Part shown: one piece after another, positions 39,829-51,850 of the stretch
Layout: each line of letters opens with the position of its first letter
Position numbering within the stretch: the stretch's first letter is position 1
Made by a program: the position numbers and the translations under genes
NCBI RefSeq assembly: GCF_006345805.1
Contig: NC_043022.1
Location: 24,800,001-24,864,000 of the forward strand
Origin: Octopus sinensis
Lineage: Eukaryota
DNA length: 64,000 nucleotides
Reading direction: 5' to 3'
Notes under the pieces: model-generated
Told to the model about the DNA's origin: nothing
Databases searched by the model: none
The model's input: the letters and a program-made list of their open reading frames with translations, nothing else

Positions 39829-40545
39829 ATTGCCCTACCAACATCAATCTACGCAGGAAGAACTTGGTAAATAACCTCCAAGATCACTCAGTGGTTGAAT
39901 GCATTCTCCAGTCGATGTCTTCGCAGAATACTTAAGAATATTTACAAAGACAGAATCACAAACTCTGAAGTCCTGAGAAGTTAAGTTAATTTTTTGGCCA
40001 AAAAAAAAAAGGCAAGGCCATGTAGGGGGACATGGAGTTATGTATAGGGTGGTGTTCATGCAAAGAGTTCAGGCCATTTGTGGTCAAGGGAGACTTTTAA
40101 CCGAGTGGTCGTCGGCATCTTCACTATCTCGTCCGGCAGCTTATTCCACGGATCCGCAAACCGGACGGAGAAGGCCCCTCTCCTTCGATTGAGATGAAAT
40201 CGTCGCAGATAGAGCTTTTCGGAGTGACCCCGCAGCCGACGCTCTGGAGCAGGAGTGAAGAACAGCTCTTTCGAGAGGTTACACTTTCCACTTATGATGT
40301 TGTGGAACCAATCTGTGCAGCCTGCAGGCAACTGTGGCGGAAAGAAGAGTGAGATTTGCAGGCCATGTCTTCCGACTGCCAGTAGAACGAATGCCCAATG
40401 GGTATCACCAGAGGGACGAGAAAAAGAAGGCAGACTCACGAAGAAAATCTGAAGCAATTAAGCATCTCCTGGGAAGATGCAGGCGACCAAGCTCAACGAT
40501 TGGAGACATCTTGCTGCCCAATGTACAGGTCAACTGTTTGAGGGG
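39829..40545 (+). pseudogene. RTE-clade LINE C-terminal remnant split by a CR1 insertion
   Basis: IALPTSIYAGRTW*..LNAFSSRCLRRILK..DRITNSEVLR (39829-39983) resumes as SLQATVAERRVRFAGHVFRLP../WVSPEGREKEGR (from ~40296). Confidence 0.8.
39984..40295 (-). mobile_element. CR1-type LINE 3' end
   Basis: HNIISGKCNLSKELFF..RRLRGHSEKLYLRRFHLNRRRGAFSVRFADPWNKLP is a CR1 ORF2 C-terminus pattern. Confidence 0.85.
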
Positions 40546-40859
40546 GATTAAGACTAAGGATGAGACCCTTCATATTTTATGGGTTACCTGCTATCCTGAC
40601 TGTTATTTTCTATGAAAGAAGATTGGTTTCAAATTTTGGCACAAAGCCAGCAAGTTCGGAGGAGAGGATTAGTCAATTACATCGACCTTCAGTGCTCGAC
40701 CGGTACTTATTTTATTGACACTGAAAGGTAAACGCTGAATTTGAAACCAATATATAAAGACAGACGAAATGCCGCTAAGCATTTTGTTCGGCGCGCTAAC
40801 GATTCCACCTGCGCACTGCCTTATTATTATTTTTCTTGAAAATATTAAAATGTTGTTTC

Positions 40860-43400
40860 TCAAATCCTATGGAAAGTCAGGATTCTGGTCCTCATTTTCT
40901 ACAAAAGATCAGGATCCGGCCTTTATTTTGTATGGAATGTTTGACCCTTACATCCCGTCTAATGTTAGGGTCCAGGTCTTTATATTCTATGAAATATTCG
41001 CATCCTTGTCCTGGTATTGTAAGGAATGTCAGGATCCAGGTATCTATATGCTATGGAATGTTCCAGGCGTTTTCGCCCTTTCCTCTTGGCCGATAGACTC
41101 CCCTGTTTTAAAATTCTATAGAATTTGGGGGTATTAACCCGTAAATTACATGGAATAATAGTGTCCCTGACTTTGTATTCTGTGGAATTCAAAAGTCCTT
41201 TCACTTATATAGTGTGGAAAGTTAGGGCTTTAGCCATTATATTTTATGGAACGGTAGACTCCTGGCCCTTTTATTGTAGGAGGTATCACGATTGTGGCCA
41301 TCATTATCTATGAAATGTTATGCCCCAAACCCTTATATAGTATAAAATGTTAAGACACTGCACTTTATATTCTACAGAATGGTCGGGTTTTGTTCACCAT
41401 ATTCTGAAGAATGTCAGAGGCCTGGAGTTTGTATTCTAGAGAATATAAGAGTCTCGACCCTTATAGTGTAAGGTTTATTAGGATAGTGACCCTTATGTCC
41501 AATAAAATGTTAGTGGTCCGTCACTTGTATTGCATGGAATGTTAAGACCTTCACTTTTATATTCTATAGGATATTAGGTTCTTGGTCCTTATTATTCTTT
41601 GAAATGTTTAGTATCGCCTCCCTTATGGTCTATAGAACACTAGGGTTCATACGATTATATATTTTGAAACATTAAGCTCCTAACCCTTATATTAAATTGA
41701 TGGAAGAGTCCTGAGCTTTGTGGTGGTCCTTTATTTTATACAAAGTTAGGGCCCTGGCCTTAATAGTTTATGGTATGTTAGAAATCTGATCCTTAGATTC
41801 TATGCAATATTAGAGTCCTGGCCTTCGTATTTTATGGAATGTTATGGACCTGACCCTTATATGCTGTGGAATATTAAGGTTCTAACACTCATATTCCATG
41901 ACAAATTAGATTCTGCCACTTGCAATTTATGAAATGATTTGGCGCTGGCCTTTATAACGTATAGCATGTTTTGGATTTTGTTTATATATTGAAAGGCAAG
42001 TTTTAGGTCTCCCCTTTGTATTGTATGCAATGTTTGGGTCTGGTCCTTATACCATGGAATTTATGGAAGCATTATGATTTGGTCTTTATATTCTGTGAAA
42101 TAAGTGTTCTGGTCCTTATATTCTATGGAATGTTAGGGACTTTTCTTATATAATCTATGGAACGTTAGTTAGTGACCCTTATATTTTATAGACTTTGAGG
42201 GCCCTTATTTTTATATTTTATAGAATGTTATTATTCTGGCATTTATATGCTATGTAATGGTAGCATCCGTTTCTTTACACTTTATGGAATGTTTGCGACG
42301 AAATTTTAGGGGCTCAGCCTTCATATTCTGTGGTATGTTAGTGTCCTAACAATTATATTCTGTACAATGTTACATTATTTTTTATAGCATGTTTGGGTCC
42401 TGTTCTTTATATCCCATGGAATTTTAGTGTTCTGGCTTTTATATTCTATAGAACTTTGGGGTCCTAACTTTTATATTCTATACCATGTTGGTGTTCTGGT
42501 AATAATATTGTAAGTTATGTTAGGATAATGACCCTTATATCCTATGGGATGTTAAGGCCCTGGCTTTTATATTTTATCAAAGGCTAGGGTCTATAACTTT
42601 ATATTCTACGAAATGTTACAGCTTCGCTCTTCGAATTCTACGTCCTGATCATTATATTCAATGGAATGTTAGGGTCCTTGCTTCTATTTCTTTTATATTT
42701 TATTGTCCCGGTTTTTATGTTGTATCTAATGTATGGATCCTGGCCCTTATATTGTTTAGTATGCTCTGGGTTTGGATTTTACATTGTATGGGATGTTAGG
42801 ATCCTAGCCTTATGGAGAATGGCATGCTCCCGGCTCTTATATTTTGCAAAATTCAGGGCGCTTAGTAACCAGGTCTTTATAGTAACCTGGTTCTTATATT
42901 CCGTGTAGCCCTTATAGTTCATGCAATTTTAAGATTTTGTTCACCCATATCCTATAAGTGTCCAAACCCTTATATTCTATGGAATGTTAGAGTTGTGGCC
43001 CTTATATAGTATGGAATGGTAGGTTTATCATCCATATATTCTTTATAGTGTTAAGGTGTTGATGATCATATTCTTTGGAATTTTAGGGTCCAGGTTTTCC
43101 TAGTCTGCAGAATGTTATGGTCTTAATCCCGTATATAACATAAAATGCTAAAATACCGGGTTTCTATGGACTATTAGCGTTCTGACCGCTAAATTCTTTG
43201 TTAGAGTCCTGGCATATATAGTCTATGAAATATTAGGATCACAATGTTAAGTCAATGGAATATCCGTGCCTTCGCCTGTATAAATAGTGGAACATTTTAC
43301 TTTTGCTCTGTGCAGGATTTTGCATGTTAGGGCCCTGTAGGGCCAGTGAGGTTTTGGGGTCCTGTCCTGAATAGACAATAGATCATTCGTTTCCTGATCT
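40860..43400. repeat. Degenerate ~30-34-bp minisatellite
   Basis: Consensus about GGCCCTTATATTCTATGGAATGTTAGGGTCCT; outliers at 39060-39200 and 39670-39800. Confidence 0.85.
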
Positions 43401-43469
43401 CTATAATATATAGAACAATAAAATCTTGTCTTGTAATGATTATCGAATGTTTAGGCCATACGAAGTATC

Positions 43470-43740
43470 AAAAAGAATCGAAAGGCCTTCCTGAGTCATA
43501 GGCTCATAAGGCCTGTTTCCCGGATTCCGTTCCGTATAAATAACCCCACCCCCTAGACAGGACATTGGTCCATCGAAGAATTCCTCACTTTTGCCAGCTA
43601 AGTTGACTGGGGCAATGTGAAACGAAGTGTTTTACCAAAGAGCACAACGCATCGCCCAGTCAAGGAATCGAAACCACAATCTTACAATCATGAGTGCGAC
43701 AACTAAGCCACCCTAATCACTAAGTCACACGCCTCCAGTA
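43470..43740 (-). mobile_element. tRNA-derived SINE with a conserved central domain
   Basis: GTGCGTTGTG-TCTT-G--AAAACACTTC..CAGTC-ACT-AGCTGGCAAAA core; copies at ~62505-62750 and 63195-63290. Confidence 0.7.
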
Positions 43741-44546
43741 TAGTATGCACTATAGTATGTATAGTAAGCAGTATAGTATAGAATATTAGGGAACTGGCCT
43801 GTATAGAACGTTAAACACCCTGACCCGTCTTCTATAGTCAATGTATCTTCAGAGTCTTTTGAACAGCAAACTCCTGGGTTTAACGGTTACTTGAAATCTG
43901 TCATTCGTGTTCTTCTTTACATTAAGAGGAGACGTCCATTTAGGGTGATTAGATATAAGTGTCCAGTCATCCTAAATGAATGCTTCTTGAGTCAATTTAA
44001 TTACTGGCCTTTAATTAAGGGCATTAATTAATGTTATATCAGAAAGTATCTCAGAAGAGCATTCTACGTACTAAACACTCAAAAAGCATGCCTTTATTTC
44101 AATAAAATTTTTGGTTTTGTTAAATGATGTTAAGGCAAAAAAAAAAAAAAACTTCTTGAGAAACCAAATAGTCTTTCCTTCCTTCATGCCAAGTTTGAAG
44201 AAAATATCTCTTTTGCATCTTACTTTTTTGGTCTCTTAAATATACTGCATTTTGTGGCGTTATTTCGAGCCAGCCGCCTTTTTTTTTTTTTGCGCAAACT
44301 GCACGTACATTTTTCACGCGTACGCGTAGTATCGATCACAACAGCTATGGCACTTGCGCGTACAAATGTATGTTCCCACGGCTTTATCGATCGCATTCTC
44401 ACCTGGAATTGATTTTTGCAATTTTTTCAAGACTTATACACGCTCTGATACCGTCGCACTCATAGAAGACACACACAGACAGAACGGATTTCATATAACT
44501 TGCATAGCAAGTGACCTGATCTGAAATTGTGTGCTTAAACAAAAAT

Positions 44547-44787
44547 AATTGCAGCATGGAAGGTGTTTATAAACTATTTAAAAACACGCAAAAACCGATA
44601 GATTCACTTCAAAATTTAAATTTAATTTGCCCAAATATTTTCGTGCTGCTCGGAATTTTGCCAGTGAACAGGTCGCGATCTCAAAGCGACGAAAATATTT
44701 TGGCAAATTAAATTTAAATGTTGAAGTGAATCTAACGGTTTTTTATATGTTTTTAAATGGCTTACAAACACCTTCCACGCTGCAATT
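44547..44787. mobile_element. Foldback element with ~100-bp arms
   Basis: 44547-44644 pairs with 44688-44787. Confidence 0.85.
44657..44707 (+). ncRNA. Type I hammerhead motif with swapped G3:C8 core pair
   Basis: TTTGCCA-GTGAACA-G-GTCGC(GATCTCAAA)GCGAC-GAAA-ATAT-TT-TGGCAAA. Confidence 0.72.
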
Positions 44788-44790
44788 GTG

Positions 44791-44843
<53 letters not shown>

Positions 44844-45469
44844 AAGGGTAAAATTAATTAATTAATTAATTAATAATTAATAACAAAGTAGTTCGGTATA
44901 TTAAAAAACCATTATCGGTAAACTTAAAATTTTTTTTATAATTATGTGTATAATTATAATTAGGGTTCATCAAAAAATTTGCTTCACCACATACCGAAAT
45001 TTAGAAATAGTTAAAACTAGCTATTTCTCTACCATAAGAAAATCTCCCAGTTTGGGAGATTTTTGGACAATACATAGTCTATATTGCCCAAAAATTTCGC
45101 GACAGTGTAGTTTTGAGAAGACTTAGTTTTTCAGGACACCTGCTGACAACTGGTCCTTAAATATAACTGGTTGTGTTTCAGCCTTATCTGTCCTCCTCAG
45201 CGAAGAACAGTCTGTTCAGTTGGCTAAGCTAAGTAACTGATATTGATAATGTATATCTACATTCTGGTTTAGAAGGAAATATCTGAGAAGAATGTGCTGA
45301 ATATTAAATGTACATACTGTCGAGTCTCACATGTATAAAATTGCTAGAATTTCGATTAATGAGATTATCTTTACAATTAATATACAAAAACTCCCCAAGG
45401 GATTTTGTATTATCTAATTTCAGTCAATTAGCTTTTTTTGAAAATGTAGACAATGCAGAGACGAAAGAA

Positions 45470-46510
45470 GACTGTTAATTTATGTCATATTTCACAATAA
45501 TTAAGACCAGTGTTGACGGTTATATTTAATTGTAATTAAGACCGATAATTAAGATTATATTTGATTATAATTAAGACCAATAATTACGATTATAATCAAT
45601 TATGAGTAAGATCAATAATAAAATAAGGTTCTGCTTAATTATAATTAGACCATTAATTAAGCTTATGCTTGATATAATTAAGAAAATTAATTAAGTTTGT
45701 GCTTAATTATAATTAAGACAAAATTATACTGATACTTAATTGTAATTAAGATCAAGAATGGAACTCATACTTAATTAAAATTAAGACCAGTAATGATAAG
45801 CTTTGATTTAACTATAATTAAGGTTAGTCTTAGACTGCGAATTAACGTAGTAGTAAGGGTCGAGTCGTAGGGAGATAGGCCTTGAAAAGTCTACTCCTCC
45901 GCTCTACGATCCGAGTTCAAATCTTGACGAGATCAGTTTTGCCTTTCATCTTGATGGAATTTTGAGAGACAATAACGTTGGTGATCTTAAGCCCTGAGTT
46001 CTTGTCCATCACTGTTTAATGCCATCATCTGGTCATTGGGTGCTTCCAGCAGAGTTTACTATGCGAGCATTTACATTGCGAGTTTACATTGCGAGCATTC
46101 AGGTCAAATCTCCGGTTTCTGGCTAACATCTTTCCTACATCCATCTCTGAATTTTGATAAAAAAACCAAAAAAAACCAAAAAAAAAAACCCACACACACA
46201 AAAAAATCAAGCCCATAGCCCTTATATTCCTGACTAAACAAAAACAAATAATTACAACTACTAATTAAACATACACTTAATTACGACCTCTAATTAAACT
46301 TAAATGTAATTAAGACCACTAATTAAGCTTATATGTAACTGATAATTACGACGTACAATTAAGCGTATACTTAATTATAATTACGACCTGTAATTAAACT
46401 TATACTTAACTGTAATTAAGACCACAACTAAACTTCATAATTATTACTAAAGCTCTCTTTCAGTTTATAGTTAATTATAATTAACACAGGTAATTAAGTT
46501 AATAATTTAC
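45470..46510. repeat. Degenerate AT-rich TAATTAAG-based minisatellite (interrupted)
   Basis: Recurrent TAATTAAGACC..TAATTA units at 45470-45850 and 46250-46510. Confidence 0.7.
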
Positions 46511-46757
46511 TAAAATTAGGCGCAGGTGCAGCCGTGTGTTCACTTCTCAGTTAGTTGGTAGCTGTTTCGATCCCACTGCACGGCACATTCGCATGTCTCA
46601 TTTACAGAAGTCTTGGTTGACAGTTGATAAATGTCTTGTTAAAATGGAAACTGCAAATCCTATCGAGTGTATATATATATATGTGTGTGTGTGTGTATAT
46701 ATATATATGTATATATATGTATATATATAACTTATTCTCAATGAAGAAATACATTTT

Positions 46758-47047
46758 AATTTAGAGATAGCAGACCCCTACATCTCACCAAATAAAAAGA
46801 ATTTTTATTTTAGATTTAAATACCTACTGTTTTATTACTTGGCAACACGTGTTTCATGAGGTACATCCTCGGGTTCCTAAACCACTGTGTTTCCCTGGAA
46901 CCCTGCTCAAAATGCCACCCCAATCATCAGGCCCTTATATAAGGATGTACCTCATGAAACAGGTGTTGTCAAGTAATAAAACAGTAGGTATTTAAAATAA
47001 AAATTCTTTTTATTTGGTGAGATGTAGGGGCCTACAATCTCTAAATT
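46758..47047. mobile_element. Foldback element with ~105-bp arms
   Basis: 46758-46869 pairs with 46942-47047. Confidence 0.85.
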
Positions 47048-47083
<36 letters not shown>

Positions 47084-47295
47084 CTTTTAATTGTTTCAGT
47101 CATTTGACTGCAGCCATGCTGGAGCACCGCCCGAAAGGGTCTTAGTCTAAGAAATCGACCATAGGACTTATTCTTTGTAAGCCAAGTCACTTTTGCAAAC
47201 CGTTAAGTTACAGGGACGTAAACACACCAACATCGGTTGTCAAGTGATGGCGGTGGTGGTAGGGGGGGGGGCAAACACAGACACGTAAATATATA

Positions 47296-47835
47296 CAGGG
47301 GATGGACAAAATAATGGAAACACCGAGAATCATATAGCATCATAATTTTGAAATAGCTATAAAACCGTCAAAAACCTGTTTTTTAAATGTTCTTTTGATT
47401 TATTATCAATGTTGCTTAATATGTTTTGCTGAAATTACTGTTTCTTTTCAGATTTCATCAGAAAACGGTATTTAAAATTCATTAAAATGAGAGATCTATC
47501 GGACTTTCAAAGAGGTCAAATTGTTGGTACTCGTATGGCAGGCGCTAGCGTAACGAAAATAGCCGAAATGTTTGGTGTATCAAGAAGTACAGTCTTGAAA
47601 GTAATTACAGCCTTTGAGAAAGAAGGTAAAAACTTCTTCATCGAAAGAAAAACTCCGGAAGAAAACCAAAACTTTCAGATAGGGACCGTTGAAATCTTAG
47701 GCGAATTGTTAGAAAGGATTACAAAAGTACGCCTCCCAAAATTACTGCAGAGCTTAATGACTACCTTGAGAACCCAGTTTCTACAAGAACTGTTCGCTGG
47801 GAGCTGCACAAAGCCGGATTTCACGGCTCGTGCGA
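47296..47835 (+). mobile_element. Tc1/mariner transposon 5' half with frameshifted transposase N-terminus
   Basis: TA|CAGGGGATGGACAAAATAATGGAAACACC TIR; MRDLSDFQRGQIVG..VSRSTV..SGRKPKLSDRD..ITAELN..VSTRTVRWELHKAGFHG; no DDE domain or right TIR. Confidence 0.9.
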
Positions 47836-47924
47836 CCATGTAGAGTTCCCCATTGCAGTGCCGAAGGTTGACTGTACCATTCTAAGGTACCTGTTTTCGG
47901 GTATCGTAAAGGGGAGAAGAAGGA

Positions 47925-47958
47925 TGAGCAGAAGAAGAAGAAGAAGAAGAAGAAGTAA

Positions 47959-47997
<39 letters not shown>

Positions 47998-48280
47998 AAG
48001 AAGAAGAAGAAGAAGAAGAGAAGAAGAAGAAGAACAGAGGAGAAGAAGAAGAGAAGAAGAAGAAGAAGGCAGAGGAGAAGAATAAGGAGACGAAGAAGAA
48101 GAAGAAGAAGAAGAAGAAGAGAAGAAGAAGCAAGAAGAAGAAGCAAGGAAGAAGATGAAGAAGAAGCAGAGGAAGAATAGCAGAGGAAGAATGAAGCCAG
48201 GAAGAAGAATCAAGATGAATAAGATGAAGAAGAAGAAGAAGAAGAAGAAGAAGAAGAAGAAGAAGAAGAAGAAGAAAGTA
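47925..48280. repeat. (GAA)n/(TAG)n microsatellite
   Basis: Read directly. Confidence 0.95.
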
Positions 48281-49263
48281 TTATTATTAGAAGAAGGAAA
48301 GAAGACGCCTTTCCTATTATCATCGACATATTTGCCTCACCGCAACAACAACAACAACAGCAAACAGAACAACAACAACAACAACCAATATCATTGTTAC
48401 TGTTCTACCAAGAACACAACCACCAACACCATAACTAGCGCCACCACCACACCATCACCACCACCACCATCATACCCCGACCAACCCTACTACCACCGCC
48501 GCCACCGCCAGCACTAGCACCACCTATATACCACCACCACTACAACCATGACCACCACTACCATCACCAGGAACTTTACCATCGCCACAGTTAGTCCATC
48601 ATCACCACAATTAGTACCGCCATTACACCCCCACCGCGCAACTGCCACTCCATTACTACATCCCCAACACCACTACACCACCATCATTACCACCTGTATC
48701 ACCCTCACAACCACCACCCATCACCACAACCGTCACTACTACACTACCACAACCACCACAAACAACCAACATCAATATTACCTCCAACACCACCACTACC
48801 ACTACAGTCACTACCATCACCGGTATTCCCACTACTACCGGCACCACCACCGCCACCACCACCACCACCACCACCACCACCACCACTGCTGCCACCACCT
48901 ACAACAACAACAACAACAACGTAAACAACAACATCATCATCATCATCTTCAGTTTTCATCAAACAATTAACATTGGAGATACTATAAAATATACCCGATA
49001 TCCGTTCACTAACAAACAAAAAAAAAACAAACAAACAAAAAGAAAACAAAATAGGCACCCCTCCCATTTCACCCCTCCCCACCCCACCATAGAAAACCAA
49101 TTTAGTATTGTTAGTTTTTAGTGTATCATGCCAAAAGCCCTCCAGATTGTGTGACGTGCCAAAGATATCCAATATTGCATTATAGACGTCCAGTTCATAA
49201 AAGCCAATTTTCCGTTAAACATATTTATTGAAATAACTTTGCACAAGGATTATAATAATAACA

Positions 49264-49900
49264 CGCTAGAGCAGCCAGCAAAAACATAGTGTTAAGATTT
49301 GCCAAGCGATTATGAAAACAAGACCAATGATTTCCCGCCCGGTCAGCGCTCCACCTCGTCCTAAAACCCACAGCACCCCCACGCTGCGTTTGAGCATCCG
49401 GTGAGAGTAGCTGCAGGTAGGTTTTTTTCCCTTGATCTGCAAGAAACAGCAGTCAAATGATGCTGACAACGTTAGAGCAGCCAGCAAAAAACATTTGCAA
49501 TGATTTGCCATGGGATTATAGAAACAAAACTGACGATCTCCCGCCCGGTCAGCGCTCCACCTCGTCCTAAAACCCACAGCACCCCCACGCTGCGTTTGAG
49601 CATCCGGTGAGAGTAGCTGCAGGTAGGTTTTTTTCCCTTGATCTGCAAGAAACAGCAGTCAAATCATGCTGACAACGTTAGAGCAGCCAGCAAAAAACAT
49701 TTGCAATGATTTGCCATGGGATTATAGAAACAAAACTGACGATCTCCCGCCCGGTCAGCGCACCACCTCGTCCTAAAACCCATGGCACCCCCACGCTGCG
49801 TTTGAGCATCCGGTGAGAGTAGCTGCAGGTAGGTTTTTTTCCCTTGATCAGCAAGAAACAGCAGTCAAATCATGCTGACAACGCTAAAGTAGCCAGCAAA
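49264..49900. repeat. Three tandem copies of a 206-bp GC-rich unit
   Basis: The same unit position falls at 49268, 49474, 49680 and 49886; copies 2 and 3 are nearly identical. Confidence 0.95.
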
Positions 49901-50031
49901 AAATACATTTGTCATTCGAATTTATTTCAATTGAATTTAAACTTAATTGTAATTCGAATTTAAATATAGCCATGAAACGTACGTAGTGTTTTTACTTATA
50001 TTATATTTATCATTCTTTCTATAATTTTTGG

Positions 50032-50084
<53 letters not shown>

Positions 50085-50248
50085 TATATATTGTATCAAT
50101 TATATTTATATTATTTGTTATTTATGTATTGGTTTATGTCTATCACTGTTTGAGTGGCCTAATAGTGGTTTTATACTGTAAAATTTGATTTAATACTAAA
50201 TCGATTTTTCCCCTGTAAGTTTGGAGCCATACTCCCTAATATTATATA

Positions 50249-50279
<31 letters not shown>

Positions 50280-50376
50280 ACGGGAAGCTTTATGAAAATA
50301 AACAAAAGACGAAGGCAGGTGGAATATAAACAAACAATTGTATTAGTATGGCTCTCAGGAATATAAATAAAACAAG

Positions 50377-50414
50377 TCTTTTACGTTTCGAGCCTACGCT
50401 CTTCAACAGAAAGA
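50377..50414 (-). ncRNA. Variant hammerhead motif (U at core position 6)
   Basis: TCTTT-CTGTTGA-A-GAGC(GTAG)GCTC-GAAA-CG-TA-AAAGA, with a perfect 5-bp stem I. Confidence 0.65.
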
Positions 50415-50479
50415 TACACAGAAAAGAAACACAGAAAGAAAGAATATATATATATGTATATATATCTGTGTGTGTATAT

Positions 50480-50558
<79 letters not shown>

Positions 50559-50591
50559 ACATATATATATATATATGTATATAAAGTTAAT

Positions 50592-50790
50592 CCAGACATG
50601 AAAACACAAAGAGAAAACACAACAACGCGAGGACGTGGAACAAATATAGTATTATTGGACGCTCAGGAAGGAAGGGAAGAAGGAGGGTTAAACGTTTCGA
50701 GCGGAGCTCTTCGTCAGAAACATAGGAAGAGGAAAGATCCACAGAAGGGAAGACGGAGGGAAAAAAATCGCCAACGGTACACACGCGGTC
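50592..50790 (-). mobile_element. Short Penelope-type element with hammerhead at 50687-50721
   Basis: Minus strand GTTT-CTGACGA-A-GAGC(TCC)GCTC-GAAA-CG-TT-TAAC; homologous to 62770-62975. Confidence 0.75.
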
Positions 50791-51174
50791 ACAATACGGA
50801 AATCTCTCTCAGGTTGCATTTCACTGTCTGAACGAATTTACACGTCAGACTATGTAGTCCTCGAAACGTCTCTGAATGAAAAGATGGGATGATCGCCATT
50901 GGAAGTCATATATGCATAGATAGACCCACTCAACCAGGGCTCAGCTGGGGCTTAAACAACAACTACAATAATTAACAACAACAGCATAAACAACAATAAA
51001 TATGAAAGAAATTACTGTTGAAGCTTAACTAATTCCGATGTTCATCCTGTCCGGATTGTCATATCAATCTGCTACATTCCACTGGGTTTTTTTATGAAGC
51101 TGTATGATAAGCTGTTAGATAAACTTGACCACGCATCTTAATCATGCGTTGGCCATTACGTATCGCCGCATGTA

Positions 51175-51291
51175 TATCTGTCTATCTATCTGTCTGTCTG
51201 TTTGTCTCTGTCTCTCTCTCTCTCTCTATGTATCTGTCTGCCTGTCTGTCTCTCTATTTATTCGTCTGTCAGTCTGCCTGTATTCTGTCTG

Positions 51292-51324
<33 letters not shown>

Positions 51325-51471
51325 ATATCTATCTATCTATCTATCTATATATCTATCTATTTGTCTGTCTGTCTATCTGTCTGTCTATCTGTCTATCTAT
51401 TTGTCTGTCTATCTATCTATCTATCTATTTGTCTGTCTGTCTATCTGTCTGTCTATCTGTCTATCTATTTG

Positions 51472-51524
<53 letters not shown>

Positions 51525-51668
51525 TTGTCAGTCTATCTATCTGTCTGTCTGTCTGTCTGTCTGTCTCCATTTATTTGTCTGTCAGTCTGCTTGTATTCTG
51601 TCTGTCTGTCTCTCTATCTATCCATCCATCTTTCTGTCTGTTTGTGTCTATCTGCCCTCCTCTCTCTC

Positions 51669-51735
<67 letters not shown>

Positions 51736-51746
51736 GCCTGTCTGCC

Positions 51747-51783
<37 letters not shown>

Positions 51784-51786
51784 GCC

Positions 51787-51849
<63 letters not shown>

Positions 51850-51850
51850 T
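51175..51850. repeat. (TCTA)n/(TCTG)n microsatellite
   Basis: Read directly. Confidence 0.95.

Noticed and set aside
43925-44070. Cluster of imperfect hairpins as a structured ncRNA
   Set aside because: AT-rich and imperfect, single copy, with no family motif; not distinguishable from background by eye.
50846-50874. Hammerhead at CAGA-CTATGTAGTCCTC-GAAA-CG-TC-TCTG
   Set aside because: It has the 3' half and stem I but no CTGANGA; at best a deletion relic that cannot be active.
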